DNA of 27,823 bases from a virus (lineage: Duplodnaviria > Caudoviricetes). The stretch lies in the IMG/VR virus record IMGVR_UViG_3300010043_000011, positions 1 through 27,823 of that record. One strand, 5' to 3'. Position 1 is the first letter of the stretch, and each line of letters opens with the position of its first letter. The notes under the pieces were generated by a model. The model was not told where the DNA came from, searched no databases, and worked only from the letters and a program-made list of their open reading frames with translations. Positions 8,957-18,015 of the stretch are shown in pieces. The position numbers and the translations under genes were made by a program.

Positions 8957-9529
8957 CTAGCTCACCTTCATGCCGGGAAACTTGGCCTTCACCTTGCGCT
9001 TGATCGTCGCCAACTCACCCGGTGACGCATTGGCAGCCCCGCGCGAGAGCGCCGCCTTGGCGTGGCCCTCATCCGGAATAGGATAGGAGCCGGAGCCTTT
9101 GCCCTCCGGCCCTTTCCCCTTCCCAGGCAGCGCGAAGTCGGAGCCGGGAAGCGCTCTCCTTCCTGCTGCCGATAAGTGACCGCCGCGCGCGTAGTTCCTA
9201 CGAATATCCTGGTCGCGACCCTTCAACCATTTCTGCTCGGTGTCGGGACGGTTCACGCTCTCAGTCCTGCGCGCGATGTCCTCGGAAACCGCCTTGCCGC
9301 CGTAGCGCTCGCCAAACGGAACCGGTGGTTTGTTCGTCGTTACGTCACCACCAGCCTGGAATTTCTGCTTCACGGCACCGCCTGCCGGAGCCGGCGTAAC
9401 GCCGCCCGTCGCCGCTCGGTCGGGACGACGGCGGGCGGCGCCGCCAGTGACCTTGCCGTGGAACGGCAGAAAGCCACCGCGTTTTTTCTTCTTCACCGCC
9501 GCAAGAAGCTCTCTGTCCTTTCGCTTCAT
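8957..9529 (-). CDS. Basic Gly-rich protein with xGG motifs and a C-terminal DUF6582-like domain
   Basis: C-terminal 'LSAAGRRALPGSDFALPG...SYPIPDEGHAKAALSR' resembles DUF6582 (recalled, not searched). GAGGTG RBS before the ATG at 9529. Confidence 0.65.
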   Translation of the reverse strand: MKRKDRELLAAVKKKKRGGFLPFHGKVTGGAARRRPDRAATGGVTPAPAGGAVKQKFQAGGDVTTNKPPVPFGERYGGKAVSEDIARRTESVNRPDTEQKWLKGRDQDIRRNYARGGHLSAAGRRALPGSDFALPGKGKGPEGKGSGSYPIPDEGHAKAALSRGAANASPGELATIKRKVKAKFPGMKVS

Positions 9530-9537
9530 TTGCCACC

Positions 9538-9768
9538 TCACTTCATAAAGTGGCCGCGGCGATAGGTCGGCGCGCGGTCAGCGCGCTTGCCTGACGCCTT
9601 GCCGCTTACGCTGGAATGAAAGGCGTTCTTCGACGGATTAATCTTCTTCGGATTGGGAGGCCAGCGCGGCGGAGTGCCGCCCTTGCACAAGTCCGCGGCT
9701 TCGCCAACGAAGTCGTCGCACTCATCGCGTGGGGAGTTGCCAAGCGGTCCAGCGGCACGTCGCGCCAT
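9538..9768 (-). CDS. Small basic protein (76 aa)
   Basis: GGGGAG RBS; first gene after the capsid; shares an RxDR motif with neighbours. Confidence 0.6.
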   Translation of the reverse strand: MARRAAGPLGNSPRDECDDFVGEAADLCKGGTPPRWPPNPKKINPSKNAFHSSVSGKASGKRADRAPTYRRGHFMK

Positions 9769-9859
9769 CTACGTCTCCCCAGTTTGAATGCACGGAGGCG
9801 GCTGTCAGTCCGCCTCGCCAGTTCCCCGGATGTTATTTCATCCAGCCGTGCATGGCCTC

Positions 9860-10771
9860 TTACGAGGTGGGGTACGTCCCGTAGACTGCCCGCCAATCGA
9901 AGTACGAGAAGGCATAGCGCTCGCGGCCCTTCACCTTCAAGTTATCGGTGTCGAAGTCCACGTACATATCCATCTCGAACGGAACGCGGTCGTAGTAGAT
10001 CAGCCCGCGCTTGTCGGTCTTGAGGAACCAGGCGAACGGCGACGTGAGGAATTCGTTGACGATGTAGTCGCGTAGTCCGCCTCCGACATGCTGGATCGCG
10101 TTGACATCATTATCGTTTGTTCCCGGCCGTAGCTCGGTACGCAGGAGTCGCACGACCACCTGCTCCAGCGCCGCCGGCACCAGCACGAGTTCTGCGCGCG
10201 CCGCGATCTTGATGTTCCTCTCATCGACCCAATTGTTACGAATGAGCGTCATCGCCGTGAGCAGCGAACTCTCGTTGAGATCCACGTCCGCCGCCGGACG
10301 GTTGCCGATCGTACCGATGTCGATGGGATGCGCGGTGTCGAAGAGAGCCTTGCCATCACCGCCGACCGTTGCATCAAACACGCTGCCGACGTTGAAGATG
10401 TTCGCGGCGTAGATTTCCTTGGTGACGGCGAACACGTCCTGGAGACCGAGATTGCTCGGATTGAACTCCGCTTTGTATTGATTGTCCTCCACGGCCTTCC
10501 TGGTGATGATGTAGCCGAGAGACAATTCCTTCATCTCGCAGTTGTAGAGCCAGCGCTCGCCAGCTCTTTCATCGAAGTACGTCGAGGCGGCTTCGGCCTT
10601 CTCTCGCGCGAGCGGCAGGTACGCCATCTGCGTACGACGCTCCTGCGCCATCTTCGATGTGCGCTTCTCAAAAAGTCTCGACCATTTGGTTTCGATCTTC
10701 TTGTAGCGCCCCTCAACCGCGGCGAGGCCGGGGAAGAGTTCGTTCTTGATCGATGCCATATCGATAGGCAT
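9860..10771 (-). CDS. Major capsid protein (HK97 fold, Mu GpT-like family)
   Basis: 'ELFPGL', 'LGYIITRKAVEDNQY', 'GGDGKALFDTAHP', 'LNESSL', 'DFDTDNLKVKGRERYAFSYFDWRAVYG'. Confidence 0.9.
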   Translation of the reverse strand: MPIDMASIKNELFPGLAAVEGRYKKIETKWSRLFEKRTSKMAQERRTQMAYLPLAREKAEAASTYFDERAGERWLYNCEMKELSLGYIITRKAVEDNQYKAEFNPSNLGLQDVFAVTKEIYAANIFNVGSVFDATVGGDGKALFDTAHPIDIGTIGNRPAADVDLNESSLLTAMTLIRNNWVDERNIKIAARAELVLVPAALEQVVVRLLRTELRPGTNDNDVNAIQHVGGGLRDYIVNEFLTSPFAWFLKTDKRGLIYYDRVPFEMDMYVDFDTDNLKVKGRERYAFSYFDWRAVYGTYPTS

Positions 10772-10801
10772 GGCTTACTCCCTTTCCCGCGTTCGTCCGC
10801 G

Positions 10802-11392
10802 TTAAATGCCGAGACCGGCAGTCTTCATAAACATCTCGTTCCAGGTGATTTCCACGATGTTGTTCGCGCTCGTGGCGTCGTAGCCATCGCTGATGTTCAC
10901 GCCACCATTGCCCAGCCCAATGACCTTGAACGGGAAGGAGGTCGAGCCGGTGGTAGTGGGGGCGCCCAGCGCCCACTTGGAGAACCCCGTGGTCGAGGCA
11001 TTCACCACGATGTCGCAGTTGGAGCCGATGTCGGCGAAGAGAATCGGGCCGGCAGCCGCCATGCCTTCCATCACGACGAACGGATCGTCCACGACGAACA
11101 CGTCCACCGAAATGCCCGCAGGCGCACCGGAGCCGGGCCAATAGTTGCTCCAGATGTTGTAGCCCATGGCGGTGAGCAGATAGTGACAGCCGACGTAGAT
11201 GCCGCGCACGACGTGACCATCGGCGGCCGCCGCAGCTGCCACGGTGCCGTCCGCGAGGCTCTTAACCAGGTCGCCCCGGTTAAGCGCGCCGGCCGTGCTC
11301 TGCGCTTTCAGCTGAGAAAACTGACTGGACCATGCCGCGCCGTCCTGGCGACGGATGGGACGGAATCCGAACGGCGCATTCGTGTTCGTCAT
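10802..11392 (-). CDS. Capsid decoration / minor capsid protein
   Basis: 'MTNTNAPFGFRP', 'RGDLVK', 'GIYVGCHY', 'VVDDP'; lies directly upstream of the major capsid gene. Confidence 0.7.
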   Translation of the reverse strand: MTNTNAPFGFRPIRRQDGAAWSSQFSQLKAQSTAGALNRGDLVKSLADGTVAAAAAADGHVVRGIYVGCHYLLTAMGYNIWSNYWPGSGAPAGISVDVFVVDDPFVVMEGMAAAGPILFADIGSNCDIVVNASTTGFSKWALGAPTTTGSTSFPFKVIGLGNGGVNISDGYDATSANNIVEITWNEMFMKTAGLGI

Positions 11393-11487
11393 AGACAGGC
11401 TCCCCGTCTCTCAGGGTGACCGGCCTTTGGCGAACGGCGCCGCAGTCCGCGATCTGTGGTGACTTCAGGTCCGTGCGGCGGACCCGG

Positions 11488-12111
11488 CTACTCCTCTGGG
11501 ATGCTGATGTTCTCGCGCGACGTTTTGTCGGTGAGAACCATCCTCGGAGCCTGCCCTTCCGGCGTGGTCCCCAGGTTCTCGCGATTGACGCGCATTACCT
11601 GAGTCGCCTGCTTCATTTCATCCTGACGCGCCTTTACTGTCAACCGCATCGGCCGTTCCATCAGGATTTGATCTTTGACGATAACCGGGCCTTCTGTCCC
11701 TTCTGGGGCAAACCTGCCGGGAAAGTGCGAGTGTAAAACCGGCCGCCAGCCCTGATTGTGATACTGACGCTGCTCGGAATAGTCCCGCTTGCCATAAGTC
11801 TCGTAGCGCTTCCAGTTGAAGTCGATTTCGTTCTGGACGTTGCCCTTGGCCGGATCACCCTTGGTCGGCGCGTACACCTCCATAATGTCGGAGATGTCGA
11901 ACGGATCGATCAGCGCCGCGCCTTCCAGGAGACGCTCACGGGTCGGATCGAGTTCGAGCCGCATCTTCGACCGGTCGGGACGAATCCCGATGCGGACCTC
12001 CTCGCGCGGTCCCTCACGCAACGGGTTCTCTTCGCCCAGCCCCGCTACGAACGCTGGCGGGGTCGGCGGGTCGCTCAGCCCTGCCCTCGGGCCAGGTACC
12101 GGATCGGTCAT
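11488..12111 (-). CDS. Conserved head-module protein
   Basis: 'FNWKR....G..D......NQGWRPV....FP...ILMERP'; lies between scaffold and decoration genes; AAGGAG RBS. Confidence 0.7.
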   Translation of the reverse strand: MTDPVPGPRAGLSDPPTPPAFVAGLGEENPLREGPREEVRIGIRPDRSKMRLELDPTRERLLEGAALIDPFDISDIMEVYAPTKGDPAKGNVQNEIDFNWKRYETYGKRDYSEQRQYHNQGWRPVLHSHFPGRFAPEGTEGPVIVKDQILMERPMRLTVKARQDEMKQATQVMRVNRENLGTTPEGQAPRMVLTDKTSRENISIPEE

Positions 12112-12124
12112 CGTATAGCTCCTT

Positions 12125-13087
12125 TCAAGTAATCGGCGTTATCCGCCCCTCCGCGAGGAGCCGCACGTAGTTCTTCGCCCACTCCTTCGGGGTCACACCC
12201 TGTTCCTCCGCCAGGCGCCGCATCTTCGGCGTCATGGTGAAGGTCTCCGGAATTCCGCCGCCGGCAGCGCCTCCGCCCCCGCGCGAGGCTGGCGCCGCTA
12301 TGGTCGGTGCGCGCCCAGAGGGAACGCGCACCTCGCCGCCGGCCGGCTGGCCGGAACCGCCCAGCAGTTTCTCGATGTGATCGAAATAGCCTTGCGTATC
12401 GACCTGGAAACCGGCGTCGAGCGCGGTCTCGTGTGCGTCGATCGCGGCACGTTTCAAGGAGCCGTCACCGCGGATCAACTCGGGATGCTTCCGCAAGAAC
12501 TGCTTGGTGGGCTCGGTGCGTCCCTGCAGCGAGCGTTCCAGCGGATCAGTGGGCTGCGGCTCCGTAGGCTGGCGCGGCTGTTGCGTGGTCGGCCGCGCGT
12601 GCTGGACCTTCATCGTCTCGCGCTGGTTCGCGAGGTTCGCCTTATCCCGCTCCAACAGGGCGATCCTTCCGCCCAGGCGGTGCATCTTCTTGTTGCACTC
12701 GGCCGCCGTCTTGAAGTCACCATCGTTCATGGCGGCTTCGGCCTGATCGCTCAGCGCCTCCATCTGATCGTTGGCGGCGTTAAGCTCGGTCTCGTTCTGT
12801 AGCTCGAACGTCGAGAGCCCGCGCGCCTCGGCCTGCCGGGCAAACGCGATCGCCTGATCGCGCTCCGCGGCCAGGCGGCGAGCTTGCTCCTGCTCGCGCG
12901 CACGCTGGGCGCGCTCGTTCTGCAGCTGGGTCTGGAGATCCTTGAGCCCAGTGTCGGGGGCGGGAGATCTTGCTCCCGGACCCGGCACCGGAGGCGGCTT
13001 GGCCGCCTGCGCCCCATTCACTTGCGGCGGTTGCGTTTCCTCATCGTCGTCCAGTGTGACGACCAAATCCTCATCTTCGTCAGCCAT
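12125..13087 (-). CDS. Capsid scaffolding protein
   Basis: Acidic N-terminus, long coiled coil, C-terminal helix-turn-helix-like 'MTPKMRRLAEEQGVTPKEWAKNY'; lies between portal and capsid genes. Confidence 0.7.
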   Translation of the reverse strand: MADEDEDLVVTLDDDEETQPPQVNGAQAAKPPPVPGPGARSPAPDTGLKDLQTQLQNERAQRAREQEQARRLAAERDQAIAFARQAEARGLSTFELQNETELNAANDQMEALSDQAEAAMNDGDFKTAAECNKKMHRLGGRIALLERDKANLANQRETMKVQHARPTTQQPRQPTEPQPTDPLERSLQGRTEPTKQFLRKHPELIRGDGSLKRAAIDAHETALDAGFQVDTQGYFDHIEKLLGGSGQPAGGEVRVPSGRAPTIAAPASRGGGGAAGGGIPETFTMTPKMRRLAEEQGVTPKEWAKNYVRLLAEGRITPIT

Positions 13088-13097
13088 GATTGCCCTC

Positions 13098-13583
13098 TTA
13101 GTAAACCAGCGCCGGATCAGGCACTCGCATCACAACTTGCGTATCCTTGAGCCGCCGGCAATGCACGCGATCCAGCGTGAATTGTCTCCCCTCCATGATG
13201 TCGTACTGAATCCAGTCGCCAATATCGACGTGCTGGTCATGGAAGTTCACGTTGCCTTCGGACAGAAACGCCAGCGGTCCCTTGCCGATGACAAGGCCGA
13301 CCTTGCCCTGCCAGAGCGCTTCGTCGTGGCCCTTCTCAGATCGGTGAAACTTAAAACCGCTGGGCAACACATGCCAGGCCGGCAGGTAGTAGGTCGCCGT
13401 GATGATCCAGTTGTGAAACACGTCAAGCGGCAGCAGAATTCCAAGCCGGCTCAGCAGAAACGCCTTCGGATCACGAATGTAGTCCTCCGCCTCTTCATCG
13501 CTGCGCCACGGCGGCATCGGCGCCTGGTGCATCGTGGAGAGAGAAGACAGCGGCGCGTTTGCGCTCGGTTGAATAAGCGTCAT
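13098..13583 (-). CDS. GroES/Cpn10-like co-chaperonin
   Basis: 'LPSG', 'KVGLVIGKGPLAF', 'VDIGDWIQY...GRQFTL....RRLKDTQV' follow the Cpn10 pattern. Confidence 0.7.
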   Translation of the reverse strand: MTLIQPSANAPLSSLSTMHQAPMPPWRSDEEAEDYIRDPKAFLLSRLGILLPLDVFHNWIITATYYLPAWHVLPSGFKFHRSEKGHDEALWQGKVGLVIGKGPLAFLSEGNVNFHDQHVDIGDWIQYDIMEGRQFTLDRVHCRRLKDTQVVMRVPDPALVY

Positions 13584-13841
13584 TCAGTTCATCCCCAGGT
13601 GTGACTTGTACGGGCGCACCGGTTCTTCGCCGTCGTTCATGGCGCGCGCCACATCGTTCATCAGGGTGAGTACGTTCTCGTAGGCGAGGATCTCGCCACG
13701 AATTCGGCAGTAGGTCTGATAATCGGGGCACGACATGATCTGCCGATAGAGCCCCTGACGGGTATCGTCGCCCTGCAGCTGCAAGCGTATTCGCTGCCGC
13801 ATCGCATCAGAGAACGCCACATCGTAGCCGGTAACGGCCAT
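13584..13841 (-). CDS. Hypothetical head-module protein (85 aa)
   Basis: 'DYQTY..IRGEI.AYE' helical-hairpin pattern; abuts the GroES-like gene. Confidence 0.65.
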   Translation of the reverse strand: MAVTGYDVAFSDAMRQRIRLQLQGDDTRQGLYRQIMSCPDYQTYCRIRGEILAYENVLTLMNDVARAMNDGEEPVRPYKSHLGMN

Positions 13842-13853
13842 CAGAACACTCGA

Positions 13854-14111
13854 TTAGGATTCAGTCTTATCCGGTACCTTGCGAGCAGCCCTGGTCTTGT
13901 TCAGCCGCCCGTAGCCGGAACCGGCGCCGCCTTTCACGCCGACAGTAGCGCCTCTCCCGGAGGCTTCACGACCCTTAGCCAGACCGGTAAGCGTGCCGCC
14001 CCCGCTCTTGGAGCCGCGCTCGCCTTTGCCCAGGTCACGATAGATCGGGCCGGACAATACGCTGGGTGCGGTGCTGCTGAACGGAATCTCTCTACCGCCC
14101 TTTTTTGCCAC
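13854..14111 (-). CDS. Small Gly/Lys-rich basic protein
   Basis: GTG start after GGAG; 'KKGG' and 'GGAGSGYGRLNK'. Confidence 0.55.
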   Translation of the reverse strand: MAKKGGREIPFSSTAPSVLSGPIYRDLGKGERGSKSGGGTLTGLAKGREASGRGATVGVKGGAGSGYGRLNKTRAARKVPDKTES

Positions 14112-15288
14112 GGCCTCTCTCCTTCATCATCTTATTGAATAGCTTACGATCCTCGGCTTCGTCACCATGGGGTGGCACTTTCCCACCCTTTTTGAAGCCG
14201 ACCATGGTCCCCGGCGCCGGGCGCGTCCGATATGCCGCCACGTTTGTCGGCATCGGCACGGTGAGCGGCTGTGCGGGACGCGCCGGTCGCCCGGAGAGGT
14301 TCGATGGTCCCTGCTGGGCCGGAAGCGGCTGCCGACCGGGCGGGGTCATCCCGAACAAGCCGCCGCCGACTTGCGGCTGCTGCGTTCCGCCGCCCATCTG
14401 GCGCTTCCTCACAACACCGCCGTTGCGATCCGATGGCGCGCCTGATGGCACAGGCGGCGGCGCAGCCGGCGCATTCGGATCGGTCGCGCCCGCGATCGGC
14501 GGCGCACCTGACGGCGAGCCCAGCGCATTTAGCGCCTGGTTGCTGCGTCCAGGGTCTAAGGCATCGTCACCTGTGATAGCGCCCTGTGGCTGACTCTTTT
14601 TTTTAGTGTCGTCAGAGTCGTTGTCGTCATCCGTGGCCCCGCCACGCGCGCGCTTAGCTGCGCCTACCGCACCGCCATTACGATGCGCGGAGAGCTTGCT
14701 GCCCTCCCCTGACGTAGGCGAGTGTGGAAAGCCGGCATAACGACCGGCAGAACCGCCCTTCGCCTTTTTCACCACACCGCCGGTCTTCATGCCGGGCAGC
14801 GGCGGGCCGCCGGCACCGGGCGGTGGACCACCGGGCACCGGCATCGGCGGGCGCGCCGGCATCGCAGCACCCAGGCCGGCACCGGGCGGCGGACCGGCTG
14901 CTACAGGAGGCCGCAATGGAATTCCTCCCCCCATGGGCGGGCGCGGCGCGGCAGCAATCGGCTGACCGCCACGACCACCGAGAGCATGACCACCGCCGCC
15001 GCCAGGCGCAGCGATCACGATGTTCGTCGTGTGGTGCCCCTTCTTCTTGCCGGCAGCGCCGCCCTTGGCGAGCTTGCCGACCGCACCACCGTTGGCGCGT
15101 CTATCTGCCCTCTTTCTTCCTTTGCCCCCGGAGATGGTCATGGGGGTTGAGCTACCGGCATGCGTGCCCGGATAGCTGGTCTTCTTATACATCTTGGAGT
15201 AGCCCCAAGACTTGCCGGCGGTAGCGCCCAGCCGCGCCAGCCGCTTCTTCACTGACGACTTCGCTTCGCCTGCCATCGGGTGCGCCAT
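14092..15288 (-). CDS. Disordered Gly/Pro/Lys-rich protein with repeated xxGG motifs (putative internal head protein)
   Basis: AAGGAGG RBS before the ATG at 15288. Motifs ANGGAV, AKGGAA, KTGGVV, AKGG, RNGGAV, ARGGA, RNGGVV, KKGGKV; C-terminal 'HGDEAEDRKL'. Confidence 0.7.
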   Translation of the reverse strand: MAHPMAGEAKSSVKKRLARLGATAGKSWGYSKMYKKTSYPGTHAGSSTPMTISGGKGRKRADRRANGGAVGKLAKGGAAGKKKGHHTTNIVIAAPGGGGGHALGGRGGQPIAAAPRPPMGGGIPLRPPVAAGPPPGAGLGAAMPARPPMPVPGGPPPGAGGPPLPGMKTGGVVKKAKGGSAGRYAGFPHSPTSGEGSKLSAHRNGGAVGAAKRARGGATDDDNDSDDTKKKSQPQGAITGDDALDPGRSNQALNALGSPSGAPPIAGATDPNAPAAPPPVPSGAPSDRNGGVVRKRQMGGGTQQPQVGGGLFGMTPPGRQPLPAQQGPSNLSGRPARPAQPLTVPMPTNVAAYRTRPAPGTMVGFKKGGKVPPHGDEAEDRKLFNKMMKERGRGKKGR

Positions 15289-15342
15289 CTTCGCCTCCTT
15301 AAAAGGTGCGGCCATGGTGCCCCTGGCCGCGGGGGACGCGCG

Positions 15343-17637
15343 TTAGAGAATTCTGTTGCCTGGTGCGGCCGGCACCGGCCACAGCTGGCCCATGTACTGT
15401 CCGACCGGGGCCGCCTCGGGATGGACCATCGCGCTCGACGCCAGCTTCATCTTCTCCACGTTAATCTTATCGGTCGCGATTCGCTCGTTGGAAGCACGCT
15501 GCTCGCGCTTATCCTGCAGCTGCATGCCTTCGATCATCAGGTTGAACTGCTCGGAGATATACTCCAGCTGAGCCTTCATCTTCGAGTCCTGGGTCTTCTG
15601 CGCGAGTTCCGACATCTTGTTCTGGGCATCCGCCATCGCCTTGATGGCCTTCGGGTCAGTCTGCTGCGGCTGCGGCTGCTTATTGAACAACTCTTCGATA
15701 TCGCCCATGCCCACCATGGTCGCAATCTTGCGAACCACCGCAAAGAGATCCCACATCTGCGGGTTCATCTGCACAAGTTGAACCAGCGCAACCGCCTTCA
15801 TCACGCGGATCGTGTGGCTGGGCGTATTCGGATCAGCACGCGGCGACAGCTGGCAGGTATTGAGCGCCTTAATGATATCGTTCGCTTCCCACTGAGCCGC
15901 CGGATCGTCGCCATCGGCCGGACAGAGCAACGCTTTGGGGTCTTCCCGGAATAGCTCACGAAGGAGGGCGAATTCCTCCGCCTGCGCGATGTGCATGCCC
16001 TTGTGGACGCTATCCAGGACCTTCACGGCCTGATCCAGCATCGCCAGCGTCGTGCCGACGGGAACGTCCTGCCGACCCTCACCGACCATAAGCTCGGGCG
16101 TCCCACCGACACGACGAGCCTCATCTTCGATATGCTTTGTGACCTGGACGAGGCCGGCCGTCACGTCCTTGTAAGGGAGCGACATGACGTTGGCGCGGAT
16201 GTCCTGGCCGCCAGTATTGATCTTCACGCCGGCACCAAGGCCGACGCGAAACGTCATCGTGTCTTGGCGAGAGACGGTCTCTGAATAGAGAAATCCGGGC
16301 CAGCTGGAAAAACCTGCAGAGTCCAGCGCCAGACGCCAAGCGGTAGTGACGGCGGCAGTAGCGTTTCCCATGATGTTGAGAAGACCAATGCCGTAGAACC
16401 CCAGACCATCGATGAACGGATACTTAACGAGCGGCATTCGCTTGATGTAGCGATCATCGTTCTCGTTCCAGTTGCGCCTTACTTCCAAGACTTCCTGGGA
16501 GTCTTTATCAATGCTAACCCGATAGGGAAGCGGGAGCCCCGTAATTTTTCCGTCTTCGACGTGCTGGAAGCCTGCAATGTCGAGTTCGCAATAAGCCTCG
16601 TACACAGTATGTTTATAGTCTTCAGGACGCTGCGACCAAAGCGAGAGGCCGCCCACGTCACTCTCCGCCTCATCTAAAGGGTCGTTTTCGGGCGCGCTCG
16701 GCGGGATAAGATCGATGTCACGGTACGTCCCGGACAGCTGCATTCGCTTCATCACGCTTTGCCGCATGAAGATGCGATGGGTTACTCTTCCGCACTCGTG
16801 CAGCGAGACTTCATCGTCGCTCACGATAATGTCTGCGGCGTCTACTGCGCGGGATAAAGGACGCCGCCTGATCGGGTCCGCATAGACCTTCTTGAAGCCG
16901 CAGCCGCCAAAGCCTTGCATGAAGAACATGCGGTTCGTGTCGGGGTAGTATTCTTTATCCACGACCGTCAGGTAGCGGTTGAACATCGTCTCCAGGTCCT
17001 CGGCCAGGATGGGCCGATCGGCGCCGGTCGCATCACGCGGGACCTGCATCTGCTTTTCCAGGAACGACCGCGAGGGCGTCTTCGTGGTCGAGGTGTCCTG
17101 CATCTTCACGGGTCCGCCGGCCGGAAGGAGTTCGCCACGGGCGTTCGCCTGGAACCGCATCACCGCATCCAGGAGGATGGGCGATCTTACCGTCGTCTGC
17201 CCTTCGACCGCAGTATCAGCGTCAGCCGTAGGCGATCGTGGGTTTTCGACTTTGAGTGCGAGATGTTTAATTCCGGCGGCGCGGGCGTTGAGCCAGTCCT
17301 GGCGCTTCTGGAGATCCGCGTCGATCCCATTAAGGAGTTCGTCACAGATGCGAGCAAGCTCCCGCTCATCGATATGCTCCGCCAGATTTGCGCCGTGATC
17401 CTTGGCGCTCTCCTTGGCCTCGCCAGGGAGAGCCTTGCCGCCCAGGTGGATCAAGAGCCCGCCGCCGGGTAGCTCCCGGACGCCCACCTCTTCCGTGGGT
17501 TCCTCGGCATCCGGCTGGAATACGATGACCAGGTTATCGTCGGGGGGCTCGGTCCCCGGAATCCGCCCCGGTACGTCGTCCAGGTTCCGATAATGATCGG
17601 TCTGGGCGATGCCGTTACCGTTGAGAGGCGGGGGCAT
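15343..17637 (-). CDS. Portal protein (P22 gp1-like)
   Basis: 764 aa; 'ANLAE', 'RFQANARGELLPAGGPVK', 'GCGFKKVY', 'GFYGIGLL', 'PVGTTLA'; C-terminal Gln-rich coiled coil. Confidence 0.9.
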   Translation of the reverse strand: MPPPLNGNGIAQTDHYRNLDDVPGRIPGTEPPDDNLVIVFQPDAEEPTEEVGVRELPGGGLLIHLGGKALPGEAKESAKDHGANLAEHIDERELARICDELLNGIDADLQKRQDWLNARAAGIKHLALKVENPRSPTADADTAVEGQTTVRSPILLDAVMRFQANARGELLPAGGPVKMQDTSTTKTPSRSFLEKQMQVPRDATGADRPILAEDLETMFNRYLTVVDKEYYPDTNRMFFMQGFGGCGFKKVYADPIRRRPLSRAVDAADIIVSDDEVSLHECGRVTHRIFMRQSVMKRMQLSGTYRDIDLIPPSAPENDPLDEAESDVGGLSLWSQRPEDYKHTVYEAYCELDIAGFQHVEDGKITGLPLPYRVSIDKDSQEVLEVRRNWNENDDRYIKRMPLVKYPFIDGLGFYGIGLLNIMGNATAAVTTAWRLALDSAGFSSWPGFLYSETVSRQDTMTFRVGLGAGVKINTGGQDIRANVMSLPYKDVTAGLVQVTKHIEDEARRVGGTPELMVGEGRQDVPVGTTLAMLDQAVKVLDSVHKGMHIAQAEEFALLRELFREDPKALLCPADGDDPAAQWEANDIIKALNTCQLSPRADPNTPSHTIRVMKAVALVQLVQMNPQMWDLFAVVRKIATMVGMGDIEELFNKQPQPQQTDPKAIKAMADAQNKMSELAQKTQDSKMKAQLEYISEQFNLMIEGMQLQDKREQRASNERIATDKINVEKMKLASSAMVHPEAAPVGQYMGQLWPVPAAPGNRIL

Positions 17638-17658
17638 AGCGCTCCTCAGACACCACAG

Positions 17659-18012
17659 CTAGACATGGTAGACCTTGATGCCTGCCATATCCACGACCTC
17701 CAGCATCTCGCCGGGGTTGAGCGTCTGATCCACGATATTGACCAGGCCGGCGGCGTGTACGACCTGCATACGGATCGCGACACTCAGCGTAGCGTCTTTA
17801 TTTCTCACATGAATCGTTTTGACGTTACGCTGCGTGGAGGCAGCCGGCGCCGGCACGATGGACGTGGTGGCAGCAGCGACGATGTTCGTATTCTTGCGCC
17901 CCGGAGTGATGGTGGCGCCCGCGGTATCGACCCAAGATGCGTGCACGTCCACCGCCGCCGCGGTGTTGGTGTTGATCTGCATCGAGTCGGTCGTCTGGGT
18001 GAGAAGGAGCAT
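17659..18012 (-). CDS. Beta-rich virion protein (117 aa), paralogue of the N-terminus of its neighbour
   Basis: 'MLLLTQTTD...VHASWVD....TPG..NT.I......IVPAPAAS..RNVKTI' aligns with the first ~125 aa of 18016-18909. Confidence 0.7.
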   Translation of the reverse strand: MLLLTQTTDSMQINTNTAAAVDVHASWVDTAGATITPGRKNTNIVAAATTSIVPAPAASTQRNVKTIHVRNKDATLSVAIRMQVVHAAGLVNIVDQTLNPGEMLEVVDMAGIKVYHV

Positions 18013-18015
18013 GGT

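Noticed and set aside
9788-9853. tRNA gene in the structured intergenic region
   Set aside because: Only two internal arms, and no T-loop (GTTCRA) or D-loop consensus on either strand.
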